Positions 30,201-39,138 of a DNA stretch of 64,000 nucleotides are shown here, piece after piece. The stretch is from Candidatus Hydrogenedentota bacterium (GTDB taxonomy: Bacteria > Hydrogenedentota > Hydrogenedentia > Hydrogenedentales > SLHB01), in assembly GCA_963668025.2 (NCBI GenBank), contig CAXXTH010000011.1, positions 64,001 through 128,000 on the forward strand, in the 5' to 3' direction. Every line of letters begins with the position of its first letter. The first letter of the stretch is position 1. A model generated the notes under the pieces. It made no database searches, was not told where the DNA came from, and saw only the letters and a program-made list of their open reading frames with translations. The translations under genes were made by a program, and so were the position numbers.

Positions 30201-30623
30201 GCGGATATGTATCAGATCCGGCAGGAAGAGCCCATGCACCTGATTAAATGGGAGACCGCGCCAGCGCCGGACGCCGAGTATGCCACCTTCGTATTCGCTG
30301 GGGGATTTCCCTGCATGGATCCTCCCCGGGTGAATCCCGGATTCACCTTGGTGGTGAACGGGAAGCGCGTCATTGATTTCGACACCACCAAGTTGCTAGG
30401 AAGCTGGCAAAGCCCGGATGGCTCCGTTTCGATGGTCTATTTGCCTGCGCATATACAGCCTTCCTGGGGTGAAACGTCGGGATTATTCTTCCTCGCCGTC
30501 CCGAAGAATTATTATACGCCAGGGCAGCCATGCACCATTGAAGTCCGGCCGCGTGGCGGAGAAAACAACCGGTACTTCGGACTCCATGCATATAGTGACA
30601 TTCTTTTATCAAGCTTGAAGTAG
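27264..30623 (+). CDS. Secreted glycoside hydrolase family 2 with extra C-terminal domains
   Basis: IDLDGSWEF, VPGAW, LWTPENPYLY, FGVRTI, VRHHSH, acid/base MSNEL, nucleophile region PIITHE. Confidence 0.88.
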   Translation: MKTRCGKQSIVWGLILTGTLFMISGAAIAEAAQARAAIDLDGSWEFRLDPTSVGENESWFNSSTSFADAIQVPGAWDAQGFGEETEKLQHNFVGKGWYRRSVPVPADWKGRPVFICFGGVYRSAKVWVNGQLAGSHLGYSSNFEFDITKFLTPGSPALVAIQVDSEQDWSKDTLQGCMDIIDHFHTFWGGIWSHVSIEARSAVWMQDLFIAPRIEPAGCEASAEIVGESNQASSIRLTFLDAEGHSAAVKTEKVKDGSRFECSIDLPEAQLWTPENPYLYTARVELLGPSNELLDSQETRFGVRTIEIKGTDFYVNGKKYYLNGYGDDCVYTETIAPPADKQFYIERLRLIKSFGFNYVRHHSHFVSPEYYEACDEMGMFVSPELPIGYPRYYERAQGPALELYKSEWTAVLKRYRNHPSIFDWCMSNELWEGMPRVGQDLYNIAKGLDKTRPVIDSDGVFAPGFIDGTKDRPTMDFFTVMFSILTSPFENQEKFKTAKPLKPIITHEEGNFVHFPRLDEIELFTNNFKPFWLTDCRDRIAKAGLLDETPEWSLASEQLYLLCHKANIEAIRKNPYISGYDWWLFQPWVCGSNGLVDIHFRTHSVTPEQVKTFNAPLVILQNGVKQTYRAGETVEAEMIVSNYSGAALENAELTVGLASGGVSEQPATLNTAAIPNGDVVSLGQVKFVLPDTKEPMQLSVSAALGAGGSIKQTNGWTFWVFPAETPKQPESTPLYVSSDLMALLAPFAPKPMPEGELPSPAVYVSRQPSEALARAAEQGSCVVLLSPAGVFPMEYTTFKSAWWMGVFDGDSNAGTYVYDNPVTKGLTPGHWCDASWFNLLQGSQTLMLESLEEQPEVLIRALNTQGAPHGFSRYVDFEFVWRNKSLLAQAKVGKGAFIISGLNFDLAARNGGSEAGFVLGRLLEYAATFPTPKAEWSSAFVEKWIGQSLFAKGPVVSGFSRMLYHKGPTTKANSYRELAADMYQIRQEEPMHLIKWETAPAPDAEYATFVFAGGFPCMDPPRVNPGFTLVVNGKRVIDFDTTKLLGSWQSPDGSVSMVYLPAHIQPSWGETSGLFFLAVPKNYYTPGQPCTIEVRPRGGENNRYFGLHAYSDILLSSLK

Positions 30624-30704
30624 AGGCTTATTCGGACGTGCTGGCCTTGTGTGGAGCCTGCAGCGTTTTCGTAGGGTCATAACAAAAAACGAGGTAGTGG
30701 AACC

Positions 30705-32351
30705 GTGCAACCAGAAAGCATGAACCAAACAGTATTAGGCGCTTTAAGTGGAATGGACATCTCCGTGATTGTGCTGTCCATTATCATCGTGCTGGTGGTG
30801 GGTTTAGTTGTTTCTCGCAAGAGAACTGGCACCAGTGAAGGATACTTCCTGGCGGGCCGTTCGATGCCGTGGTGGATCATCGGCCCCAGTTTCGTGGCCA
30901 CAAGCGTCTCGAGCGAGCAGATGGTGGGCACCATCGGTATAACGTACTCGGAAGGCATGGGGATCGCCAACTGGGAATGGTTCGCTATGCCTATGTATGC
31001 CATTTTGCTAGTTTTTTTTCTGCCGGTATTGCTTAAGAGCCGGATCACTACAGTGCCGGAGTATTACCGCATGCGCTTCGGCCCCCTATGCGGAGATATC
31101 TATACTTGGGTCATGCTGATCGCTTATGTTTTCTTGTTCACGGTCACGGTGTTATACAGCGGTGCTCTTGCCTTTTCTGAAGTCACCGGCTGGAATTTAT
31201 ATCTTGTTATATGGCTGATTTCTATTTTTGTAGGCGCGTATACGATTCGTGGCGGTATGGCGTCCGTCATGTGGACGAACCTAGTGCAGTGTGTCATGCT
31301 ACTCGGTGGCGGAACCCTGCTGTTTTTCTTGGCGTTAGACAAAATACCGGGCGGATGGAGCGCCATGGCGCAGGCCACTCCGGAACGATTCCATTTATAC
31401 CAGCCTATAGATCACCCCAAAGCGCCTTTCTTGGGTATGTGCCTTGCGAGTATTGGCATATTCTTGTTCTACCAAGTGGGCAACCAATATATGATTCAGC
31501 GAATCCTCGGGGCGCGTTCGACCTGGGATGGGTTGATGGGGCTCGTATTTAGCGGCTTCATTAACTTCATTCGTCCTTTGACCACTTGTTTTTTGGGTTT
31601 GGTGGTATTTTACTGGATCCACACGATGAAGATGGCGGAGCCATTAGAGAATCCCGATACAACGTTTCCGTTTGCTCTAAAAACCTTCGCAGGTTCTTGG
31701 GGATTGCGTGGATTTATTCTAGCAGGATTCCTAGCGGCAGTTACTTCTACGCTGAGTTCATTGATTAACTCAACATCGACTATTTTTGCTCTCGATGTAT
31801 ATAAACGAAAAATTAATGTCGAGGCCAGTGAATCACAGATGGTTAGAGCAGGGATGATCGCAGCTATTTGCGCCTTGTTTATATCGACGTTCGTTGCGCC
31901 GCTCCTCGTCGCCAAAGTAGGTATTTTCACCTATTTTCAAACGGGAGCAGCCTATTTGGCCAGCCCCTTCATCGCTGTATTTATTATGGGCATTCTGTGG
32001 AAGCGCACTTCATACAAGGGAGCAATCGCAGGCATGCTGGGCGGAATAGTAATCCAGTGCTTACTGGTTTATGTTGATTATGTGAGTGTAACCAAATTGC
32101 ATTGGTATGAAACCAAATTGCATTGGTTTTATCTTGCTTTCGCAGGCGAAATGCTCACCATGTTCTTGGTATTCATAGTATCGCTCAAAACGACGCCGCC
32201 CGACCCTTCTCAGCTTGTAAGTCTCGTTTGGAAGCCTTCCTTACTTTCCCAGTATGACGAAGGAGTGCGCCGTCCGTGGTACCAGCAAGTGAAGCTGTGG
32301 TTTGCGATTTATATAGTTGGTTGGGTTTACCTGTATTACCGCTTCTGGTAG
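30705..32351 (+). CDS. Sodium:solute symporter (SSS/SLC5), sugar type
   Basis: YFLAGRSMPWW, GGMASVMWT, NQYMIQRILGA, LAAVTSTLSSLINS; about 14 TM segments. Confidence 0.93.
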   Translation: MQPESMNQTVLGALSGMDISVIVLSIIIVLVVGLVVSRKRTGTSEGYFLAGRSMPWWIIGPSFVATSVSSEQMVGTIGITYSEGMGIANWEWFAMPMYAILLVFFLPVLLKSRITTVPEYYRMRFGPLCGDIYTWVMLIAYVFLFTVTVLYSGALAFSEVTGWNLYLVIWLISIFVGAYTIRGGMASVMWTNLVQCVMLLGGGTLLFFLALDKIPGGWSAMAQATPERFHLYQPIDHPKAPFLGMCLASIGIFLFYQVGNQYMIQRILGARSTWDGLMGLVFSGFINFIRPLTTCFLGLVVFYWIHTMKMAEPLENPDTTFPFALKTFAGSWGLRGFILAGFLAAVTSTLSSLINSTSTIFALDVYKRKINVEASESQMVRAGMIAAICALFISTFVAPLLVAKVGIFTYFQTGAAYLASPFIAVFIMGILWKRTSYKGAIAGMLGGIVIQCLLVYVDYVSVTKLHWYETKLHWFYLAFAGEMLTMFLVFIVSLKTTPPDPSQLVSLVWKPSLLSQYDEGVRRPWYQQVKLWFAIYIVGWVYLYYRFW

Positions 32352-32386
32352 TCGAAAATATTGTACCTTTGAAGGAGATTAGTTCC

Positions 32387-33106
32387 ATGAGAGTAATGTG
32401 TTTCACGGCACATCCTGATGATGCCGAAACAATGTGCGCAGGCACGTTGGCCAAATACAAGGCGCAAGGGCATGATGTAGCCATCGCCACCTTAACACGG
32501 GGAGATGTAGGCTCGCCCGTTCTTTCCCGGGATGAAATCGCCGCGGTGCGGGAAAAAGAGGCGCGCACGTCGGCGGATGTGATTGGCGCCGAGTTATTTT
32601 GGTTCGGATATGATGACGAATTTCTATATGACAGCCCGGATGTGCGCCGCCACGTGATTGATGTATTGCGTGAATTCAAGCCTGATCTGGTGTTATGCCC
32701 GGATAAGGACAATGATTATCACCCCGATCATCAGCGGACTGGGCAATTGGTATGGGACACCCATGTGATGGCGGCGGTGCGCCTTATCGAAACCAAACAT
32801 CCTCCCTGCGGCCATATCCATGAGATTTGGTATTACGATACAGTCGCGGGCATTGGTTTTGAACCCGAACATTATGTGGACATCTCGGATTTTTGGGAAA
32901 CCAAAGTCAAGATGGCGAAATGCCATGAAAGCCAAGACAGTTGGATGATCCATATGTATGGATATTCCATCGAGCACCTTATTAATGTCCAGTCCCAATT
33001 CCGAGGCTACCAAAGCGGCTGCCAATACGCGGAAGCTTTCCGCAAGGCACGCATGTATCCGCAATCCGTGAAGAAAGACGCCCTTTTGCCAACCGCAATG
33101 GAGTAA
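32387..33106 (+). CDS. PIG-L/LmbE-family N-deacetylase
   Basis: AHPDDAE, TRGDVG, REKEAR, YHPDH motifs; AAGGAG RBS before the ATG at 32387. Confidence 0.92.
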   Translation: MRVMCFTAHPDDAETMCAGTLAKYKAQGHDVAIATLTRGDVGSPVLSRDEIAAVREKEARTSADVIGAELFWFGYDDEFLYDSPDVRRHVIDVLREFKPDLVLCPDKDNDYHPDHQRTGQLVWDTHVMAAVRLIETKHPPCGHIHEIWYYDTVAGIGFEPEHYVDISDFWETKVKMAKCHESQDSWMIHMYGYSIEHLINVQSQFRGYQSGCQYAEAFRKARMYPQSVKKDALLPTAME

Positions 33107-33111
33107 AAGCT

Positions 33112-35910
33112 ATGAAATATATGCTCATCTGTCTATCTTTGCTTGCCCTCTTGCCCGCGGCCCATGCAGGAACCAATCTGGTTCGAAATGGTTCGTTTGA
33201 AGCGATATCCCAGGGCTTGCCTGAAGACTGGCGCACCGAAGGGGACTCCGGCGTACAGCAGGCGCTTACGCTGGATACCGGCCCCAATGGCGGCCATGCG
33301 GCAAAACTGTCATGCACCCGATTTGCCCGGAAAACGCGCGACAGTTATGCCACCCTTGCCCAGTCCCAATTTGCGTCCATCGAAGCAGGCAAATGGTATC
33401 GATTCTCATGCTGGGCCCGGCAAGAGGGAATGGCCAGCGGGATGGTCACGGTTGAGCTATATGGGGATACGAAATCCGCGAGTGCTTATGCCACGTCCAT
33501 GCTATTCATGCAATTGCCTTTACGGCAGGAATGGCAGCATTTCGAGCGGTATTTTAAGGCGGGCGCCGCTGGAACGGATAACGCGAAGCTCTTCTTTTAT
33601 TTCGACTTCACGGGAACCATGTGGCTCGATGAGGTGGAAATAGCCGAGGCGGATGCTCCGCAATTACAATACACGTCGCTTGCGCCCCGTTCCAGCGGCG
33701 CTAACATGATACCCAACTCGAGTTTTGAATGTGGGGATTACAATTGGTCGTCTTTGGGAAAACTATCGGGATTTGCGGGCGGATTGACAGGGTTATATGG
33801 AGACGTGGTGGAGGGCGGCGCACCGGACGGCAGCCGCTGCCTGCGCATCGAGCTTAGCCCTGAAAAGACTCCGCTAAGCACCTTCAACTATATGGCAATG
33901 ATAGAAAAGCAAGAAACGCCTCTTGTAGCCAATAAGGGCTGGATCAAGACGGAGCCTGGCAAGCCGTATACCCTCAGCGCGTATATGCGTGCGGATCGGG
34001 CTGGCGTTCCAGCAAAACTACTGCTACGGTTCCGGTCGCCTAGTGAGGGTGGCGTTGATAAACAAGAGGCAGTCACGCTGGATACGGAATGGAAACGGTA
34101 TTCATTTACCTGCAACGCCGAAAAGCCTTATGTCTTTGCGATGGCAGGCCCCGATTTATCCGCCAGCGAAAATAAAAGCGCAACGGTATGGATTGATGCC
34201 GTACAGTTGGAACAGGCCAATGAACCAAGCGAGTTTTTCGCGGGGGATCCCGTGGAAATTGGCATCGTGACCGGGCGTTATGGAAATGTCTTTGATGCAA
34301 GCGAGCCGATGCAGCTTACCGTCAATGCATCCAATCATACAGAAGTCGATGCCCAGGCCACCGTACAGATCGAAATCCGGGATTTCTTCGATCAGGTGGT
34401 AGCTGTTGAGCGCAAGCAAGTAAACATCCCTGCGAAGAAAACCATTCAGGAAAACTGGCCGCTTGGTATAGCAGATACAGGTTACTATAAAATTCGCACA
34501 ACGTATGGATTGAATGGCCAAACCTATGTGCAATCCATGCGTACCGCACGCATACAAACCTATAAAGGAGCGGATTCTCCTTTTGGCATGAATCATGCCC
34601 CAAGCACGAATCAACTCTGCGAGCATATGTGCAAGGCAGGTTTTTTATATGCCCGCGAATGGTCTATGGAATGGGAGCGGATTGAACCGAAGCCTGGTGA
34701 ATTTCACTTCGAGAAAGCGGATACGCATGTGAACCGTGTGCTCAGCGCTGGCATGATCAATGTCCAGCAATTGCCGCCCTTCCCGTCGGTTTCCTGGAAT
34801 TGCGCGCTTCCCGAGGGGGCGGAACCCTTGGATGTGCCCGGCTTGTCTTGGGGGCTGTGTTATTATCCGCCTAAAGACCTTTCTTTTATGGAAAGATATA
34901 TCGACACGGTCGTTACCCACTATAAAGATAGAATCCATACCTGGGAATATTTGAATGAACCGTTCTACACGCTCCATTCGCTTCCCAACGTAGAACAAAT
35001 AGATGCGCTCTTTCCGAAACTGCCCGGAGCTGATTTTACCGTAAAAGACTATATTCGGTTGCTAAAGGTCTTTCATGACCAAGTCAAAAAGTCGGATCCT
35101 AATGCCCGGACGATTGGCGGAATAGCGGGGCGTCCTGATCTGTTATCGAAAGAATTTTTCAAAGCTGGCGGCCTTGACCATTTGGATGTTTTTAACTTGC
35201 ACATATATCCTGGCCTGCGAAAACCGGAAGCATATGTGGACCAGATGGCCGAATTGCTGGCGAATATGGATGCCACCAAAGCGGGACGCAAACCGATCTG
35301 GATAACCGAATGCTCCTATTTCGGAACCGATGACCTTCCGCTCGAACCTTATGTGGTGGGGCCTGGCCCATGGGCGGCGAACCGCCTGTTGCGCGACGAA
35401 CGGGAGTGCGCGGAATACGCTATCCGGTTCAACGCCATTATGCTGGCGCATGGCGTCGATAAGATCTTCTATCATTGGGGCGGGCCAGCCAGTTCGGATG
35501 TAAATGATGACGAAAGCTTGCTCGAGTCTTGGATGACGGCGTATGGCGGCGCTCCAAGAAAGCTTTATGCCGCGCAAGCCACTATGGCGGATTTGCTAGG
35601 CTCCGCGCCGAAATATGCCGCTTCCATTGAAGTTCCGTCGAAACCCGAAGGAGGCAAGCCATCGGTGTATGGCTATGCGTTCCAATGCGGCAGCCAGGCC
35701 GTCCTCATCGCATGGGCTCCCACGGACGATAACCGCCATTCCACGTGGGCTCTCGATGTTCCCGATGCTGCAAAGGCATGCAGCATTGTCGGCGCTGCAA
35801 TAGACAACAAGCACATCGTTCTCGGCGATTCGCCGGTTTATATTACAGACTCCCAAATGGATGCTCAGAAGCTCGCGCAAGCATGTAAATTAGCTAGTGC
35901 GGACATGTAA
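33112..35910 (+). CDS. Secreted multidomain clan GH-A (GH39-like) hydrolase with two CBM4/9-like domains
   Basis: NLVRNGSFE and NMIPNSSFE domain starts; PFGMNH, WEYLNEP acid/base, LHIYP, KPIWITE nucleophile. Confidence 0.75.
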   Translation: MKYMLICLSLLALLPAAHAGTNLVRNGSFEAISQGLPEDWRTEGDSGVQQALTLDTGPNGGHAAKLSCTRFARKTRDSYATLAQSQFASIEAGKWYRFSCWARQEGMASGMVTVELYGDTKSASAYATSMLFMQLPLRQEWQHFERYFKAGAAGTDNAKLFFYFDFTGTMWLDEVEIAEADAPQLQYTSLAPRSSGANMIPNSSFECGDYNWSSLGKLSGFAGGLTGLYGDVVEGGAPDGSRCLRIELSPEKTPLSTFNYMAMIEKQETPLVANKGWIKTEPGKPYTLSAYMRADRAGVPAKLLLRFRSPSEGGVDKQEAVTLDTEWKRYSFTCNAEKPYVFAMAGPDLSASENKSATVWIDAVQLEQANEPSEFFAGDPVEIGIVTGRYGNVFDASEPMQLTVNASNHTEVDAQATVQIEIRDFFDQVVAVERKQVNIPAKKTIQENWPLGIADTGYYKIRTTYGLNGQTYVQSMRTARIQTYKGADSPFGMNHAPSTNQLCEHMCKAGFLYAREWSMEWERIEPKPGEFHFEKADTHVNRVLSAGMINVQQLPPFPSVSWNCALPEGAEPLDVPGLSWGLCYYPPKDLSFMERYIDTVVTHYKDRIHTWEYLNEPFYTLHSLPNVEQIDALFPKLPGADFTVKDYIRLLKVFHDQVKKSDPNARTIGGIAGRPDLLSKEFFKAGGLDHLDVFNLHIYPGLRKPEAYVDQMAELLANMDATKAGRKPIWITECSYFGTDDLPLEPYVVGPGPWAANRLLRDERECAEYAIRFNAIMLAHGVDKIFYHWGGPASSDVNDDESLLESWMTAYGGAPRKLYAAQATMADLLGSAPKYAASIEVPSKPEGGKPSVYGYAFQCGSQAVLIAWAPTDDNRHSTWALDVPDAAKACSIVGAAIDNKHIVLGDSPVYITDSQMDAQKLAQACKLASADM

Positions 35911-35942
35911 GCGCTGAAATCACAGAACGGAGCATATTTTTC

Positions 35943-38819
35943 ATGACGACCAAAGATCGCCGTTACGCTACAACTGTGTCCATCGCTTTGCTCGTTGCCG
36001 CGTTGGGTGCGAGCGCCGCACATGCGGACACGCAAGTAGAGGCATTTGATTCGGCTTCACTTGCCGCCCCCTGGGCCATCAATAATGCATTCGATGGACA
36101 GCCCGGGTCCATCAGCATTGCGGATGGAGCCTGCACATTTCGTAAAACCGGCGAAACGCCCGGTTTCACCCAATCCTTGTCTTTGGCTGAGGCCTATTTG
36201 CCCATTCCATGGTCAATTGGATACACCGTACTGCAAACATCCAGCCTTGTGAAAAACGGCGGCGGGCTCTGCCATCGCTTCAGCACCTCTCAGGAGACGG
36301 TGTATGACGGTGTGTATATCCTCAATGAAGATGGGAAGATTACCGTCCGGGGAGCAAGGAAAGACGATATCTTATATACATTTCCTGAAAACTCCCTATC
36401 GTTGCTGAAAGTGCAGTTCAATGTTTCTACGGAAGGAATAATCGTCTTTGCGACCACGGATATCGGCTCTTTTGGGCAAGGCAAGCTGCTCGCATGGCAG
36501 CGTCCTGTTACGCCAGAATCCGCCATCGGAGTGGCTATTGCCGCATCTGACGCAAGCGCTTCTTCCGCTTCTGCTTTTTCGGTCAGTATCGATAACCTGT
36601 CACTCGCGACCGATTCAAGCGAATCAAAAATCGTTCCCCAATTCACGCCCCAAGTTCCGCCGGGAAACGCCAAGAATTTTATTCAGAATGCCTCCTTTGA
36701 ATGTAGCGGCGATTTGTGGTCGTCTCTTGGAGTTCCGACGGCTTGGGGCGGAGACTTATCCGGGCTATATGGAGTCATTGAGGAAGGCTCCGCATGGCAT
36801 GGCGCTCATAGTTTGCGTATCGATCTTGGACCCGGCGTAAGCCCAACCACTTGCTTCGATGCATGGCCGCCCAGCCACCTCACGCAGAATGCCCCGCTTA
36901 CCGTCAATATAGGGTGGATGCCAGTCAAAAAAGGCCAGCCCCTCACGCTCTCTTGCTATATGCGGGCCAGTACGGATGGAATTAAAGCGCGGTTGAAGTT
37001 TTTCTTCTCCGGAAGCGCATTAGGGCCGATCAATGAAGCTTCGCATGAAGTAGCATTAACGACAACGTGGGCGCGATACACGGTGACGCAAGAAGCGCTT
37101 AATGACAGTGTCTGCATAGCCGCCGGACCGGACTTGTCAGGAACGCCGGAAATGAAGGCCAGCGTCTGGCTGGATGCCATTCAACTTGAGACAGCCCCTG
37201 AAGCCACGGCTTTCGAGGCTCGGGATTCCGTGGAACTCGGATTTGATTCAGAGCATTATGGAAATGTGTTCCCTTCTAGCGAACCGGTGGAGTTTGCTAT
37301 ATGGGGAAACAATGAAGGCGTTTCCGATGTCCGCGTTCCTGTCCGGCTTGAGTGCGAAGACTTCTTTGGAAAAAAGCTCCCGGCTCAAGAATACGCCATC
37401 GAGATCGCTGCACATTCCCAAGCGCGGACGCGCATGCAGGTGTCACTTCCCGGAAAAGGATATTACCGTGCGCATATCACTTGGCCTGCGAATGGCCAGG
37501 AATACGCGCGGACGCTTGTTTTTTCCGTCATCCAGCCGTATACCGAACAAGACTCACCTTTCGGCCTCAACCACCCCGCAACCACCGAGGCGCAGCTAAA
37601 GCTGTTCTCCCAAGGCGGCATTCGCTGGGTGAGGACTTGGGCCATCAATTGGGACTGGGTCGAACCGGTGCAAGGGCAAGTCTCGTGGGCCGAACAAGAC
37701 GCGCAGATGAAATATCTGAAAGACGCGGGCATGAACACGCTGGCTGTTTTCCCAAATCCTTCCGCGGGCTGGGCCTCCTCTGCTCCCGATACCGTAGCCG
37801 ATTCCATGTGGTACCGTTTGGCGTACGCACCGAAAGAGCCCCAACTCCTTTTCGATTTTATCGGGCAAGCCGTGAATCGGTATAAGGACTCTTGCACGCA
37901 TTGGGAATTCTTGAACGAGCCATTATGGGTGCCCGATTTCTGCTTGCCTCAAAGCGGAGGATATAAAGTCCCCGATTATATCAAATTGCTGGATGGCGCA
38001 TATAAAGCGCAAAAACTAGCGAATCCTGACAGTAAACTCATCGGCGGCTTGGCTATCCAGCCGGAATTCCCCTATGGCGATGAATTTATTACTGCAGGGG
38101 GATTGCAGTATTGTGATTATTTTAATCTGCATCCATATGGCGGTTTCACCCTTCCAGAAGCTTTTATCGAGTATATGGGACGTGTCTTGCAAGCGATTGA
38201 CGCAAAAGGGATTCAGAAGCCTATATGGGCAACGGAAACCTCCTATTATGGCGTGGATGACAAACCCTGGACGCCATGGGTGGCGCCTCCTGGGCATTTT
38301 TCCGCGAACTTGCTCTTGGCGGATGAACGCACTTGCGCGGAATACATTGTTCGTCACGCCCTTATTCTGATGGCGCACCGTGTAGAGAAAATTTTCTATC
38401 ATGAGCCCATCGAAGGCCCCGTGTATAATGGCATCATGGACATCGAGAACACCTTTTTCTCTCCAATGGCCATTCCAAAGAAGTCATACCCAGCCATATC
38501 CGCCTTGGCGAATTTGCTGGGTGCATCGCCGCAGTGCGCCGGGCCTGCCGCATTTCCCGCTGTGCCGGCTGGCGCAAAAGTATATGGGTATGCATTCCAA
38601 TGCGGCTCCAAGGCCGTGCTTGCGATTTGGAATACCGGTGATGCAATGGAACTCACCCAGGCGCAGCTTTCATCGGATGTAACCGTATATGACATGATGG
38701 GGAATCCAGTGTCGCCTCCTTTGACACTCAACGGTTCTCCCCTATATTTGGTGAGTACCGCGTGTAAAGCGGACGCCTTGGCGAAGAATTGGTTCGTTCA
38801 AGAAACCGCTGCGAAATAA
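35943..38819 (+). CDS. Secreted multidomain clan GH-A (GH39-like) hydrolase: unnamed N-terminal domain, CBM4/9-like domain, catalytic domain
   Basis: Paralog of the preceding gene (NFIQNASFE, PFGLNH, WEFLNEP, LHPY, KPIWATE, VYGYAFQCG). Confidence 0.75.
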   Translation: MTTKDRRYATTVSIALLVAALGASAAHADTQVEAFDSASLAAPWAINNAFDGQPGSISIADGACTFRKTGETPGFTQSLSLAEAYLPIPWSIGYTVLQTSSLVKNGGGLCHRFSTSQETVYDGVYILNEDGKITVRGARKDDILYTFPENSLSLLKVQFNVSTEGIIVFATTDIGSFGQGKLLAWQRPVTPESAIGVAIAASDASASSASAFSVSIDNLSLATDSSESKIVPQFTPQVPPGNAKNFIQNASFECSGDLWSSLGVPTAWGGDLSGLYGVIEEGSAWHGAHSLRIDLGPGVSPTTCFDAWPPSHLTQNAPLTVNIGWMPVKKGQPLTLSCYMRASTDGIKARLKFFFSGSALGPINEASHEVALTTTWARYTVTQEALNDSVCIAAGPDLSGTPEMKASVWLDAIQLETAPEATAFEARDSVELGFDSEHYGNVFPSSEPVEFAIWGNNEGVSDVRVPVRLECEDFFGKKLPAQEYAIEIAAHSQARTRMQVSLPGKGYYRAHITWPANGQEYARTLVFSVIQPYTEQDSPFGLNHPATTEAQLKLFSQGGIRWVRTWAINWDWVEPVQGQVSWAEQDAQMKYLKDAGMNTLAVFPNPSAGWASSAPDTVADSMWYRLAYAPKEPQLLFDFIGQAVNRYKDSCTHWEFLNEPLWVPDFCLPQSGGYKVPDYIKLLDGAYKAQKLANPDSKLIGGLAIQPEFPYGDEFITAGGLQYCDYFNLHPYGGFTLPEAFIEYMGRVLQAIDAKGIQKPIWATETSYYGVDDKPWTPWVAPPGHFSANLLLADERTCAEYIVRHALILMAHRVEKIFYHEPIEGPVYNGIMDIENTFFSPMAIPKKSYPAISALANLLGASPQCAGPAAFPAVPAGAKVYGYAFQCGSKAVLAIWNTGDAMELTQAQLSSDVTVYDMMGNPVSPPLTLNGSPLYLVSTACKADALAKNWFVQETAAK

Positions 38820-38827
38820 CCCATGAT

Positions 38828-38881
38828 GCGCATGTGCCGTTGGTCCCAAAACGAGGGGCCAGCGGCGCATGTGTTTTTTTT
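38828..38881 (+). terminator. Intrinsic terminator of the glycan locus
   Basis: Long stem GCGCATGTGCCGTTGGTCCC/GGGGCCAGCGGCGCATGTGT followed by a T-run. Confidence 0.8.
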
Positions 38882-38968
38882 GATAAATGGATGCGCCTTC
38901 GGTATAACGAATCAATACTAGAGCGGTTCAAGATTCGATGTAACAAAACAAATGGATTTTCCTCTCCC

Positions 38969-39015
38969 GTGGCATGGCCGTCCCGGCCATGCGCATGGGG
39001 GGACGCCCATGCCAC
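38969..39015. repeat. REP-like doublet GTGGCATGGCCGTCCCGGCCATG / GCATGGGGGGACGCCCATGCCAC
   Basis: Two inverted palindromic units in intergenic DNA. Confidence 0.65.
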
Positions 39016-39138
39016 TACGTCTGAAATTGTCTAGGGGCTGTACGGTGCGATGGGCGCCGTATCGTTGCATCCAATCTTGAACCGCTCTAGCCTCGTTTTC
39101 TATGTAGAGGCTGTTTATTCGGGAGTATCGAGTGCGGC

